Below, piece by piece: positions 48,275-57,615 of a stretch of 64,000 nucleotides of DNA. This DNA is from Deinococcales bacterium. Lineage in GTDB: Bacteria; Deinococcota; Deinococci; Deinococcales; JAAFIG01. The position numbers and the translations under genes are program-made. The stretch lies in the NCBI GenBank assembly GCA_031414595.1, contig JANNVX010000098.1, forward strand, positions 141,724 through 205,723. Direction: 5' to 3'. The notes under the pieces were generated by a model. The model was not told the DNA's origin and did no database searches. It saw only the letters and a program-made list of their open reading frames with translations. Each line of letters opens with the position of its first letter. Within the stretch, counting starts at the first letter, position 1.

Positions 48275-49320
48275 TTTGGTCTAACCAATTCAACTTGTAC
48301 CGAACTGATGGTTTGCGCTGCCACTTCAAGCATAATAAACGGGCTGGTTGGGGTGTTGCTAAAATTATTGCCCGTCGGTTCGCGTAACTCGAGGGTGATT
48401 CTTAGCGTGCCACGGTCAAAGTTCGCGCTTTTATAAGCAAGGCTGTAGCCTGTGGTCGGTTTACGCCCAAGGAAGACCGTGACCATACGGCGATTGAAGA
48501 AATCTATTTTTGGTGTTACTGGAACTGGGTTTTGACCACCCAGCGCGATTTGCCAAGTGCGGGCGTAATCATCGGCGGTACTGTCTACCCTTGCCCAAAA
48601 ATTCGTATCTCGGTGGGTGCTGAATGCACCAACGGCGGTGACATCCAAGACAGGATTGAGTGGCGCTGGCGCATTTTGTTGTAACCACATGCCCTCATAA
48701 CCAAATTGGACTGCCAGCACCGAACGCCGTGTGCTGTTCGGGGTTGGGTTAAAACTGGTCTCGTTGCCATCTAAACTCGAGTCTGGCAGGGTGGCAATTA
48801 AAAATGCACCACGAGATTTGAGGTAGCCTTCTAAAGAGGTTGCTTCGTCTTTCCATAAACTACCAGCCCCAAGTAAACCATCTCGAGGGGTGGGCAGGGT
48901 GTTGAGTTGTTCGCCAGCCTTTAATTTCTCTAAGACGGTAAACCAGCTTTTACCATCCCAAAGGTACACCGAACGCAAATCGGTGTTGGCTTTGATCGTC
49001 ATGCGTTCGCCACTGCGTTTGGCACTAAAGGCGGCTAAGTTACTGGTTACAGGCAGTTGCCAACTGCCGTTGCCGTTGACTTCAAGTGCGCCGCTGACCT
49101 GAAACCCTTGGGTGTTTTGACTGGGGCTTTGGATTTCTAAGGTTTGGTTACGCCCAGCCACACTGCCCTCGAGTTTACGTTTGAAGGTATTTTCTTGGTC
49201 ATAAAAGACCACATGACGCTCGCCTAAACCGAGCAGCACAATGTCTGAGACTGTGTAGGACGCTTTATCTTGCGCTAATGCAACAGCACCAACGAGCAGG
49301 ACGGTCAAAAGTCGCTTCAT
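48271..49320 (-). CDS. Secreted protein with C-terminal PrcB-like domain
   Basis: Signal peptide; PKIDF....VTVFLGRKPTTGY and TSPF motifs. Confidence 0.7.
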   Translation of the reverse strand: MKRLLTVLLVGAVALAQDKASYTVSDIVLLGLGERHVVFYDQENTFKRKLEGSVAGRNQTLEIQSPSQNTQGFQVSGALEVNGNGSWQLPVTSNLAAFSAKRSGERMTIKANTDLRSVYLWDGKSWFTVLEKLKAGEQLNTLPTPRDGLLGAGSLWKDEATSLEGYLKSRGAFLIATLPDSSLDGNETSFNPTPNSTRRSVLAVQFGYEGMWLQQNAPAPLNPVLDVTAVGAFSTHRDTNFWARVDSTADDYARTWQIALGGQNPVPVTPKIDFFNRRMVTVFLGRKPTTGYSLAYKSANFDRGTLRITLELREPTGNNFSNTPTSPFIMLEVAAQTISSVQVELVRPN

Positions 49321-49387
49321 GAGTATAGTGTAAAGTATTTCTCAGCCCATTGCATGAGGTGTAACCCAAGGAAAGAGATTAAAAAAT

Positions 49388-50074
49388 TTAGGCTTTTAGT
49401 AATCCAAGGTCAGCCGAATTTAATTCGCGCCACTCACCGGGGCGTAAATCATGGATTTGTAAGCCACCAATTCGGGTTCGCATTAAGCGCAGCACCTCAA
49501 GACCGACCGCCGCCACCATTCGCCGTACCTGATGCTTGCGCCCCTCAAGCAGCACCATTCGCAAACCATCCTTTGCCTTAAATAGTGCGTGTGGTTTGGC
49601 TTCCCCATCCTCGAGCATGACCCCTGCAAAAAGTGCCTCGAGTTGGTCAGGACTTGGGACTGGCTCAGTCCAAACTCGGTATTCTTTTTCGTGATGATAC
49701 CGAGGATGGGTTAATTCTAAGGTTAAAGCCCCGTCTGTTGTCAAAATCAGCAACCCTTCCGAAGCCCGATCCAAACGCCCAACTGGATGTAACCCTGATA
49801 CGCTCGGCACAAGCTCGAGAACCCCTTGCCGCCCGAGTTCATCCGAAGCACTGGTCACCACCCCACGCGGCTTATACAAGGCAAAAGTCACCTGTCTAGC
49901 TAAAAACTCGAGCCGCTTGCCATCCACTTGTACATCATCGGTCTCGAGTGCCGATTGCCCAAGAGTCGCCACCACCCCACCCACCGTTACCCGACCCTCG
50001 AGCAACAAATTTTCGGCTGCCCGCCGCGAAGCCACCCCCGCCCTCGCCAAGAGCTTTTGCAAACGCTCAGACAT
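49388..50074 (-). CDS. rRNA pseudouridine synthase (RluB/RsuA family)
   Basis: S4 domain ERLQKLLARAGVASRR; VGRLD..SEGL; EGRKHQVRRM. Confidence 0.92.
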   Translation of the reverse strand: MSERLQKLLARAGVASRRAAENLLLEGRVTVGGVVATLGQSALETDDVQVDGKRLEFLARQVTFALYKPRGVVTSASDELGRQGVLELVPSVSGLHPVGRLDRASEGLLILTTDGALTLELTHPRYHHEKEYRVWTEPVPSPDQLEALFAGVMLEDGEAKPHALFKAKDGLRMVLLEGRKHQVRRMVAAVGLEVLRLMRTRIGGLQIHDLRPGEWRELNSADLGLLKA

Positions 50075-50085
50075 TAGCTAGAGCC

Positions 50086-50322
50086 TCATTTGAGTGGAAT
50101 GTCCGCTTTGAGAATCATGGCTTCGCCTTCGCCGTCGCGCTGCATGTCAATGTTGAAATTCTGGGCATTGGGGAAGTATTTTTTTAAGACACTAAGCAGT
50201 TCTTCGCGCAGCATTTGTTCCTTGCCGGGTGGTAAACCGGCTCGGTCATACGCAAGCATGACCTGCAAACGATTTTTTAAGGTCTCGGCACTCCCCTTTT
50301 TTTTTCCCCAAAAACTGAACAC
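50086..50322 (-). CDS. minE: Cell division topological specificity factor
   Basis: SAETLKNRLQVMLAYDR and LREELL.V.KKY motifs; directly after minD. Confidence 0.92.
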   Translation of the reverse strand: MFSFWGKKKGSAETLKNRLQVMLAYDRAGLPPGKEQMLREELLSVLKKYFPNAQNFNIDMQRDGEGEAMILKADIPLK

Positions 50323-50324
50323 AG

Positions 50325-51122
50325 TTACCTCCCTCCGCCAAAGAGACGTTCAAACCAACTTTTTTTCTCCTCGAGCGGCGGATATGGAACATCCTCGCCG
50401 TGGATTCGTCTGGCGGCATCCCAAAAAGCACTGCCAGCTTTTAGGGTCGTGTCCAGCACTATTGGTGTGCCTCGGTTGGTGGAAATCAGAATGTTTTCGT
50501 CCTCGGGGATAATGCCTATCGGTTTAGCGCCCAGTAAACCAACCACATCCTCGACCGAAAGCATTTCGTCTTTGGCAATCATTTTGGGACGCAAACGGTT
50601 AATAATTAAACGCACTTCGGTGATGCCTTGGGGTTCGAGTAAACCAATAATGCGGTCAGCATCGCGGATACTCGAGCTTTCTGGATTAACCACCACCAAG
50701 GCAGCATTGGCTGGGGCGGCGGCGGTCTTAAAACCTGCTTCGATTCCGGCAGGCGAATCAAGAATCACCCTCGTGATGCCTTCTTCCTCGAGTAAACGGC
50801 GTACAAGGTCGTGCATTCCATCTATGGTTAGGGCATCTTTATCCCGAGTCCCCGAAGCTGGAATTAAATACAAACCCTCGACCCGTTTATCCTTAATCAT
50901 GGCTTGGCGCAATTTACATTTACCTTCGATCACATCCACGAGGTCGTAAACAACCCGACCCTCTAAACCCATGATGCTATCCAAGTTACGCAAACCGACA
51001 TCCACATCTATAACGCAGACTTTCTCGCCAAGTTTGGCTAAACCAGTGGCAACATTGGCACTGCTGGTGGTTTTACCAACGCCGCCTTTGCCAGACGTAA
51101 CAACAATGACATTTCCCTTCAC
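50325..51122 (-). CDS. minD: Septum site-determining ATPase
   Basis: SGKGGVGKTT, GLRNLD, DSPAGIE, SSIRDADR, C-terminal amphipathic helix; GTG start with GGAGG RBS. Confidence 0.96.
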   Translation of the reverse strand: MKGNVIVVTSGKGGVGKTTSSANVATGLAKLGEKVCVIDVDVGLRNLDSIMGLEGRVVYDLVDVIEGKCKLRQAMIKDKRVEGLYLIPASGTRDKDALTIDGMHDLVRRLLEEEGITRVILDSPAGIEAGFKTAAAPANAALVVVNPESSSIRDADRIIGLLEPQGITEVRLIINRLRPKMIAKDEMLSVEDVVGLLGAKPIGIIPEDENILISTNRGTPIVLDTTLKAGSAFWDAARRIHGEDVPYPPLEEKKSWFERLFGGGR

Positions 51123-51242
51123 TTCTCGCCTCCAAGCTGCTCCCGACAACTCGAGAACCTGCTAACCCAACCGATGTTGAGTTCTCTACTGCCTTCATAT
51201 TTTAAGCGCAAGTAGGGCAATAGTCTACCCTACTTGCTAAGC

Positions 51243-51302
51243 CAATAGCATGGACTGTTGCCAAGCAATAGCATAGACTGTTGCCAAGCAATAGCATAGA
51301 CT
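51243..51302 (+). repeat. 23 bp tandem repeat (2.6 copies) containing the -10 box
   Basis: CAATAGCAT(A/G)GACTGTTGCCAAG at 51243 and 51266, partial copy at 51289. Confidence 0.9.
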
Positions 51303-51309
51303 ACAAAGA

Positions 51310-52182
51310 ATGCGGATTGGACTTCCAGACTCAGTGTTATTTAATCGCTACGGAACATGGTGGACAGCCTTCCTAGAAGGTATCGGCATAGATGTGGTGC
51401 TGCCAAAAGCCAGTTTTGCCGATGCCCTAAAAGTTGGGCAGAACGCCATGCCCGACGAACCCGCCACAATGCAGCTTTTGGTTGGACGGGTCTTTGAACT
51501 CAGCACCGAAGTCGAAGCGCTTTTAATACCCGATGTCAACCCCGGGGCAGAACCCGGTACTCGCGGCGCTGCCCTCGAGCCTTGGCTGGTGGATTTACCG
51601 ACCATGCTTGGACAACGCTTTAGTTTGCCAACGATTTACAAAGTCCCTGCCCGACTCGAGACCACCGAAACCACTTCGGCGGCGGTGCGCCTTGGGCAAA
51701 CCCTGACAGGCAACGCCCAAGTGGTCAGGCGTTCGTTAGATAAACTCCAAGCCAGTCTTAAACCAAGCCAGACTCCAGAACCGCTCTGGCAATATGCTGG
51801 GCGCACCACCATTGGCTTGGTCGCAGACCCCCTACTCCTCGAGCAAGCATTTCTGATTGCCGATACCCTGACTGCCATTACCACGGCTGGACTGCACCCC
51901 ATCGCCATCAGCACCATGCCCCGCGCTCGAGCCATTGAAGAAGGCAAGCGCATCAATCCGCATCTGCTGGAAATTGACCACGAAATGATTGGCTCTGCTA
52001 AATTACTGGCTGCCAAAGCTGCCATTCGCGGGCTTATTTACCTTGCTCAGCCCAATGCGGCGGCGCACCGCCGACTCCTCGAGCGCAGTGCTTTTAATAC
52101 CAAAAAACCGACCCTAATACTCGAGCGGAACAATCTTGATTTAGCAGCGTTACAAGAATTTGCCCAAAAGATTGCGCTGTAA
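51310..52182 (+). CDS. Acyl-CoA dehydratase activase-related (DUF2229-like) protein
   Basis: MRIGLP..LF.RY..WW.AFLE.IG N-terminus resembles DUF2229. Confidence 0.6.
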   Translation: MRIGLPDSVLFNRYGTWWTAFLEGIGIDVVLPKASFADALKVGQNAMPDEPATMQLLVGRVFELSTEVEALLIPDVNPGAEPGTRGAALEPWLVDLPTMLGQRFSLPTIYKVPARLETTETTSAAVRLGQTLTGNAQVVRRSLDKLQASLKPSQTPEPLWQYAGRTTIGLVADPLLLEQAFLIADTLTAITTAGLHPIAISTMPRARAIEEGKRINPHLLEIDHEMIGSAKLLAAKAAIRGLIYLAQPNAAAHRRLLERSAFNTKKPTLILERNNLDLAALQEFAQKIAL

Positions 52183-52191
52183 AATACCCAG

Positions 52192-53550
52192 ATGCAAGCC
52201 CAAATTCCGTTTGTCACCACTGGTTCGTACCCAATCCGTGCCGGCAATACTGTCCAGCTTTTAATAGACGGCGAACCCGCTTTTTTGCGTGTCTGCCAAG
52301 CCATCGAAACAGCCCAGCACCGTGTTTGGGCAACCATTACTTTTATGTGGGCAGATTTTAGGATGCCAGATGGACGCGGTACAGCCTTCGAGGTACTAGA
52401 CCGAGCAGCCAAACGCGGTGTGGATGTGCGTTTACTCTTTTGGCGACCCGACGAAGCAACTGCCCATCATCGCCGCAATGCCTTTTGGGGGGCAGAAGAA
52501 CACTTTGCTTTACTCGAGCAATTCAACCTTGGGATTCGTTGGGATTGCGCTCAAGCAGGATTTTGTCAGCATCAAAAAACTTGGCTAATAGATGCTGGTA
52601 CTGACCATCCGATTGCTTTTCTGGGTGGGCTAAACCTCAATCCAAATTCTGTGGTTGCCCCCAGACACTACGGACAAGGACAGAATCATGACCTCTACAT
52701 TGAACTGATTGGCGCGGCAGTCGCCGATGTACAACACAATTTTGTGCAACGCTGGAATGAAGCCAGCGAACGCCACTTTGAGCATGGCTATTGGGGTGAG
52801 GGCGGAAAACAAAATCTCGAGTTTCCAAGCCGATTGCCCAAGAAAAACGGCACAGCCTTGGTGCAGATTCAACGCACCATTCATGCAGGTCGGTACAACA
52901 ATGGTCACGCTCCTGTTGCTGGGCAAGTATTTGATATTAAGATAGGTGAACAAACTATTTTCGAGCAGTATTGCACCGCGATTCAAGCCGCCAAACAGAG
53001 TATTTATCTTGAAAACCAGTGTCTCGAGATTCCCGAAATTATAGAAGCCGTGCATGATGCCCTCAAACGTGGTGTTGAAGTTGTTGCGCTGCTGCCAATC
53101 ACACCAGACTTATCGTCTCATGCGTTTTTGGAAGCTCGAGCAGGGCTTGGGGCTTACCCTAATTTTACACTGGCTGGCATGGCTGGCATGGGAACAGATG
53201 GATACCGTAAACCCGTTTGGGTGCATTCCAAACTGATGCTGATAGATGACAAATGGGCAACCATTGGCTCGGCAAACTTGCACCGATGGTCTATGTTTGG
53301 CAATGCCGAATTAAATGCTGTAATTTTATCAAATGAAACGGTTAAAGCCTTTCGGGTGGCTCTGCTCGAGGAACATCTGGGACTGGATACTTCGGATTTA
53401 GATGGTGTGACTGCATTGCAGGTATTCAAAAAGATTGCCCACGCCAACCAAGAAAAATTCTCAGAAGGCAATCAGGCGTGGCAAGGTTTAGTGGTTGCCC
53501 TTGATGTCTCGAGTTACGGGGTAAGGCATCCCAAGGGATGGGAGATTTAA
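52192..53550 (+). CDS. Phospholipase D superfamily protein (cardiolipin synthase-like, no TM anchor)
   Basis: Two HxKxxxxD motifs (HQKTWLID, HSKLMLID) and GSANL. Confidence 0.85.
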   Translation: MQAQIPFVTTGSYPIRAGNTVQLLIDGEPAFLRVCQAIETAQHRVWATITFMWADFRMPDGRGTAFEVLDRAAKRGVDVRLLFWRPDEATAHHRRNAFWGAEEHFALLEQFNLGIRWDCAQAGFCQHQKTWLIDAGTDHPIAFLGGLNLNPNSVVAPRHYGQGQNHDLYIELIGAAVADVQHNFVQRWNEASERHFEHGYWGEGGKQNLEFPSRLPKKNGTALVQIQRTIHAGRYNNGHAPVAGQVFDIKIGEQTIFEQYCTAIQAAKQSIYLENQCLEIPEIIEAVHDALKRGVEVVALLPITPDLSSHAFLEARAGLGAYPNFTLAGMAGMGTDGYRKPVWVHSKLMLIDDKWATIGSANLHRWSMFGNAELNAVILSNETVKAFRVALLEEHLGLDTSDLDGVTALQVFKKIAHANQEKFSEGNQAWQGLVVALDVSSYGVRHPKGWEI

Positions 53551-53556
53551 GCCACT

Positions 53557-54132
53557 TTACGTGGCGCGAAATCGTTTTTGTAAAAGCATTTGTTTCACAC
53601 AGTTGCGAATCGCTTTGCTTTGCCCATGAGTGAGCAACCAAAGTAAATGCTCACGGCTTACATCGGCTCGAGCAAGCAACAGTTCATGTAAGTATTTATC
53701 TTGGCTGTATTGAATTTGAACAAAAATAGCTTCGGTCAGACCTTCCTGTTTCAAATCCTCGAGAACACATTGCCGCATATAAATTTTTTGAATTGAAGCC
53801 TCAAGTTGTAATTCGTCTCGAGTTGTAAAATCTTGTAACTGCTGCTTTGATAAGCGTTTAGCAAGTAATATTTCGTTGACACGTACAACACGCATATCGT
53901 GTTCGTCACCGTCCTTAAGTGCCAGTAATTCCTCGAGGAGCGCATCCGAAAACTCTGTTTGTTGCTTCAAAAACCTTATAAACGCCCCATGACGGTAGTG
54001 TTCGGCATTCTGGTCATCGGATGTTTGAAAGACTTTCCATTGCTCACCTAGAAGCTCAGGTGTGATCACACCCACCTTGAGCCAAGCGGGAGTATACCCA
54101 AGATGTTGCATGATTTGTTCAGTTGTCTTCAT
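53557..54132 (-). CDS. Hypothetical alpha-helical protein
   Basis: 191 aa ORF with plausible composition, following a small co-oriented ORF. Confidence 0.6.
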   Translation of the reverse strand: MKTTEQIMQHLGYTPAWLKVGVITPELLGEQWKVFQTSDDQNAEHYRHGAFIRFLKQQTEFSDALLEELLALKDGDEHDMRVVRVNEILLAKRLSKQQLQDFTTRDELQLEASIQKIYMRQCVLEDLKQEGLTEAIFVQIQYSQDKYLHELLLARADVSREHLLWLLTHGQSKAIRNCVKQMLLQKRFRAT

Positions 54133-54144
54133 CTCGAGCTTGCT

Positions 54145-54369
54145 CTACTTGATGAAAGCAAAATAATTGTTTTTTGCCGAAAACATTGTTTTTAGTTTTG
54201 CTTGTACTTCTTGGCGAATTCGTCGCTCGAGCCAAAATTTTTGCCAGATTGAACGTGGTTTATCCTGTGCTGCGTAACGCGCTCTGACTTCTGCCGTAAC
54301 CTGTTCAAAATTAGCTTGATAATTGCGCTGCTGCCCATCTGCCACAATTTTATAATTGCCTTTGCTCAT
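54145..54369 (-). CDS. Small hypothetical protein
   Basis: TACAAT 6 nt before ATG 54369 (leaderless pattern); basic helical sequence. Confidence 0.55.
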   Translation of the reverse strand: MSKGNYKIVADGQQRNYQANFEQVTAEVRARYAAQDKPRSIWQKFWLERRIRQEVQAKLKTMFSAKNNYFAFIK

Positions 54370-54727
54370 GACCCAATTGTACACCATGCCCTCAAAAACC
54401 TTGTGTTAGGATGGCTAAGGCTGTGATTGCTTTGAGTAACGCGCCAGTTTTTCATGATCTAACCACTTTTGTGCCAAAATTCGTAGAAATCAGTGTTAAA
54501 TATGGGGATAAAATTCCAAAACTCGAGTATCCAAAAGTCAAGGTTTATTACGACCCATTGGCAATTAAAAACCTGTAATTTCAGCTGTACAAACTGCCTT
54601 ACTCGAGATTTCTTAAATTGATTAAGGCTTTGCGTTCTGACCAAACACCCGAGTTACCAGCATTGGCAGTGCGCCTAGTACCATCCTGCCAAAAGCTGCT
54701 TATAAGCCGCGCAGTGCATGGACAGGG

Positions 54728-57544
54728 TTAGACCGAAAAAACCAATTGCCATTGCTCGAGCAAAAGTGCTTGACCAGTTTCGGGTATGGTTAATTTTTCT
54801 CGTGCCGAGGTTCGAGTTTCCTCGGGGGTTTTTGGATGGTCAATAATGGTTCTAAGAATACCAGCAGCTTGCGGTAAACCTTCTTGAATACACCATTGTG
54901 CCAGTATAAAAAATGCCTCGAGTGCTTTGCTTACGGCTTCTAGGCGGATGGCTAACGGAAAAAGCTCTGAAAATGCCTGCTTTGCCAGTCTACTGTTTTG
55001 GCTGGTTACTGCGAGTTGGGCTAAGTTTGTTAAGACTGTAATTTGACCAATTTGGTCATCTATTTTGCGCCGTATTAAAAGGCTGGTCTCGAGGTGATTT
55101 TTAGCTTGGGTAAACTGTCCGAGTTTGGTGGCTAAGTACCCAAGGTTCGAGTGCATCACGGCAATTGGGCGTTGATGCCCGATTGCTATAAAAATCTCGA
55201 GACACTGAACATAATGCTGGTAGGCGGCTTGGTTATTATTTTGCAATTCGAGGATATTAGCCATGTTATTTAGCACTGCGCCTAAGCCCGATAAATTACT
55301 GGTTTTTCGATGGATTTTTCGAGCCTGATTGTAATACTCGAGGGCTTGTTCGTAGTGCTGTTCGCGTCTGGCAATTGCTCCAAGCAGGTTAGCACATTCG
55401 GCTTCTATACCTAAATTCAAACCGGATTTAGCACGATATAGTAATGCTTTGGTGTCGCCATAACGGGCTTGTTCAAAACCAATATACGCCATGTTCAAAT
55501 AGGCTCGACTGGTCTCGAGTGGTAAATTTAGAAGCTCGAGTTGTGTGGCTGCCAATTCTAAGAACTCGAGGGCTGCCGTAAAGTCGTTTGTCATGCGTTT
55601 GAACAGACCTTTCCAGAAGTTCGTTTGGGCTTCAAGTTTAGTTCCTCGAGTTGCGGTGTAGACATTGAGGTTTTGGAGGGCTTGGTGGTATAAACCGCGA
55701 ACTTCCCAATAATCGGTGTGCAGTTCCATAATTTGCTCGAGTGTGTTGTGGTCGTACATTGCCCAGTGCAGCCATGCCAAATGGATATTGCTCTGTTCGG
55801 AATCCATGATTTCTAGGGTTGAGGCTTGGCGTTTGGCTTGATACCAGATTTGGCTTTGATTGGCATAAAAACGCGCATGACGTTGCTCTAATTCGGCTTG
55901 GCTGCCGCATTGCAAAACTGCAAATTCTCGAATCATTTCGTGGCTCGAGTAACGCCCCTTGCCGTCGCGCTGTAACAAACCCTGATTGACCAGTGCCAGT
56001 AAAGTCGGCAGTTGAGTTTGACCCACAAAGCGAATGCCTTCGAGGGTTGCGCCACCTCGAAAAACCGATAAGGCTTCGAGGGCAGTGGTTTCTCGTTTTG
56101 AGAGTTGTACCCAAGTGCTGCTTAGCACCGCGTTTAAGCTGTGGTGACGTTCTGGAATGTCTTGAACATCGGTCTCGAGCCACGTTTGGCTTTTTTCGAG
56201 TTCGATTAAAATTTGCTCTAAACTTAAAACTCGAGTCCAGCGAGCCGCTAGTTCGATGGCTAATGGTAATCCTTCTAACTGCTGCACTATTTTTGTCACC
56301 AAGCCTAAATCAAGTTCTAACTTGGAAAGCCGTTGGGCGGTTTGTACAAATAAACAAACGGCTGCATTCGAGGGTTCTAGGGATGTTGGTATGGCTAAAC
56401 CCGTTAAGTCCAGCACGGTTTCAAAACTCGAGCCTAAGCGCACACGGGTCGTCAGTAGCACGCGCAAATTTGGGGCAGCCTCGAGTAAATCATGGATTAT
56501 TTTTCTAGCACTGATTAAATGCTCAAAGTTATCAAGCAGCAACAAGATTGCTTTGTCTTGCAAAAAAGCAGCCAAAGCAGCCTCGAGCGATTCTCGAGCC
56601 GTTATACGCAAAGCCGAAACCAAGGCTTGAGGCAATTGCTGGCTGTCGGTCAGGGCTGTACCATCAATAAAAACTGCTCCATGCACAAAATTGGGTGCTA
56701 ACAAACGGACTGCCTCGAGTGCGAGGCGGGTTTTACCAATCCCGCCCATGCCAACAAGGCTGACCAAACGGTTTGTGCCGAGTAACCAAGTTTTTAATTG
56801 CATCAGTTCGCTTTCGCGCCCAAGTAAGGGCAGAAGCGAACTCGGTAAAACTGTTATGACTTTGGTGTTTGGCTCGAGCATGGCTTTGGTGGCGGCTTCT
56901 GGTGCTAAATTAAATTCGAGTTGCAGCAGGGCAGCAAAACGCTCGTAAACCAGAATAGCTTGGGGTCGTTGACCGCGTTTTAACAAACAGCGCAACAAGG
57001 CTTGGACAGCATTTTCAGAGAGTGGCTCGAGGGATAGTAACCGTTCCAGCCAAGCAATCGCCACACCATAATCGGCACTTGACTCGAGTATCATCACGCG
57101 CTGCAAAATCGCTTCACGCCACAAATGCCGTAACCGCAACCGCTCGAGTTCAAGCCAAGCACTTAAATCTGTGTTTGCGGGCGGTTCAAAACCAGCCAAA
57201 AAATCGGCTTGGTAAACTTCGAGCGCCTCGAGCCAATTTTGATTGGCACACAGCACTTCAAAACGCTGTACATCGGTAGGCAGCAGTAAACGTACCCGTT
57301 TTGCTTCGATTTCAAGACTGGCAGCCCAGATAAATTTTTTTGCCCGATGCAAAATTAAGCGCAAAGCCGAAAGCGCTGTGACATCATCGGAATCTGGGCG
57401 AAACAAACACGCCAGTTCATCTCGAGTTACCCAGTCGCCACGCATCACCAAGTACAAACACAACCAGGCAGGTCGTTCGAGCGGAATGGTCTGGAGCAAC
57501 CCAGCATTTTTGGCTTGTGGCGAGCCAAACAACAACAGTTCCAT
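54728..57544 (-). CDS. AfsR/SARP-like regulator: wHTH + BTAD + NB-ARC/STAND ATPase + TPR
   Basis: LLLFGSP, TRDELA.LF, LPTDVQRF, LEPLSE (BTAD); LLGRESEL, GMGGIGKTRLA, LLLLDNFEH, GLPLAIELAA; C-terminal TPRs. Confidence 0.9.
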   Translation of the reverse strand: MELLLFGSPQAKNAGLLQTIPLERPAWLCLYLVMRGDWVTRDELACLFRPDSDDVTALSALRLILHRAKKFIWAASLEIEAKRVRLLLPTDVQRFEVLCANQNWLEALEVYQADFLAGFEPPANTDLSAWLELERLRLRHLWREAILQRVMILESSADYGVAIAWLERLLSLEPLSENAVQALLRCLLKRGQRPQAILVYERFAALLQLEFNLAPEAATKAMLEPNTKVITVLPSSLLPLLGRESELMQLKTWLLGTNRLVSLVGMGGIGKTRLALEAVRLLAPNFVHGAVFIDGTALTDSQQLPQALVSALRITARESLEAALAAFLQDKAILLLLDNFEHLISARKIIHDLLEAAPNLRVLLTTRVRLGSSFETVLDLTGLAIPTSLEPSNAAVCLFVQTAQRLSKLELDLGLVTKIVQQLEGLPLAIELAARWTRVLSLEQILIELEKSQTWLETDVQDIPERHHSLNAVLSSTWVQLSKRETTALEALSVFRGGATLEGIRFVGQTQLPTLLALVNQGLLQRDGKGRYSSHEMIREFAVLQCGSQAELEQRHARFYANQSQIWYQAKRQASTLEIMDSEQSNIHLAWLHWAMYDHNTLEQIMELHTDYWEVRGLYHQALQNLNVYTATRGTKLEAQTNFWKGLFKRMTNDFTAALEFLELAATQLELLNLPLETSRAYLNMAYIGFEQARYGDTKALLYRAKSGLNLGIEAECANLLGAIARREQHYEQALEYYNQARKIHRKTSNLSGLGAVLNNMANILELQNNNQAAYQHYVQCLEIFIAIGHQRPIAVMHSNLGYLATKLGQFTQAKNHLETSLLIRRKIDDQIGQITVLTNLAQLAVTSQNSRLAKQAFSELFPLAIRLEAVSKALEAFFILAQWCIQEGLPQAAGILRTIIDHPKTPEETRTSAREKLTIPETGQALLLEQWQLVFSV

Positions 57545-57560
57545 AAAAAATTCTACTCGA

Positions 57561-57606
57561 GAAACGCCCATGAAACGCGGCTTTGACAAACTGTATTTTG
57601 TCAAAG
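57561..57606 (+). promoter_or_regulatory. 11-bp-phased GAAACGC direct repeats plus inverted repeat over the RBS region
   Basis: GAAACGC at 57561 and 57572; CTTTGACAAA-N6-TTTGTCAAAG at 57581-57606, ending at the GGAG RBS. Confidence 0.6.
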
Positions 57607-57615
57607 GAGTTACTT

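Noticed and set aside
50086-51122. minDE without adjacent minC
   Set aside because: A separate minC locus is common and its absence cannot be judged from one window.
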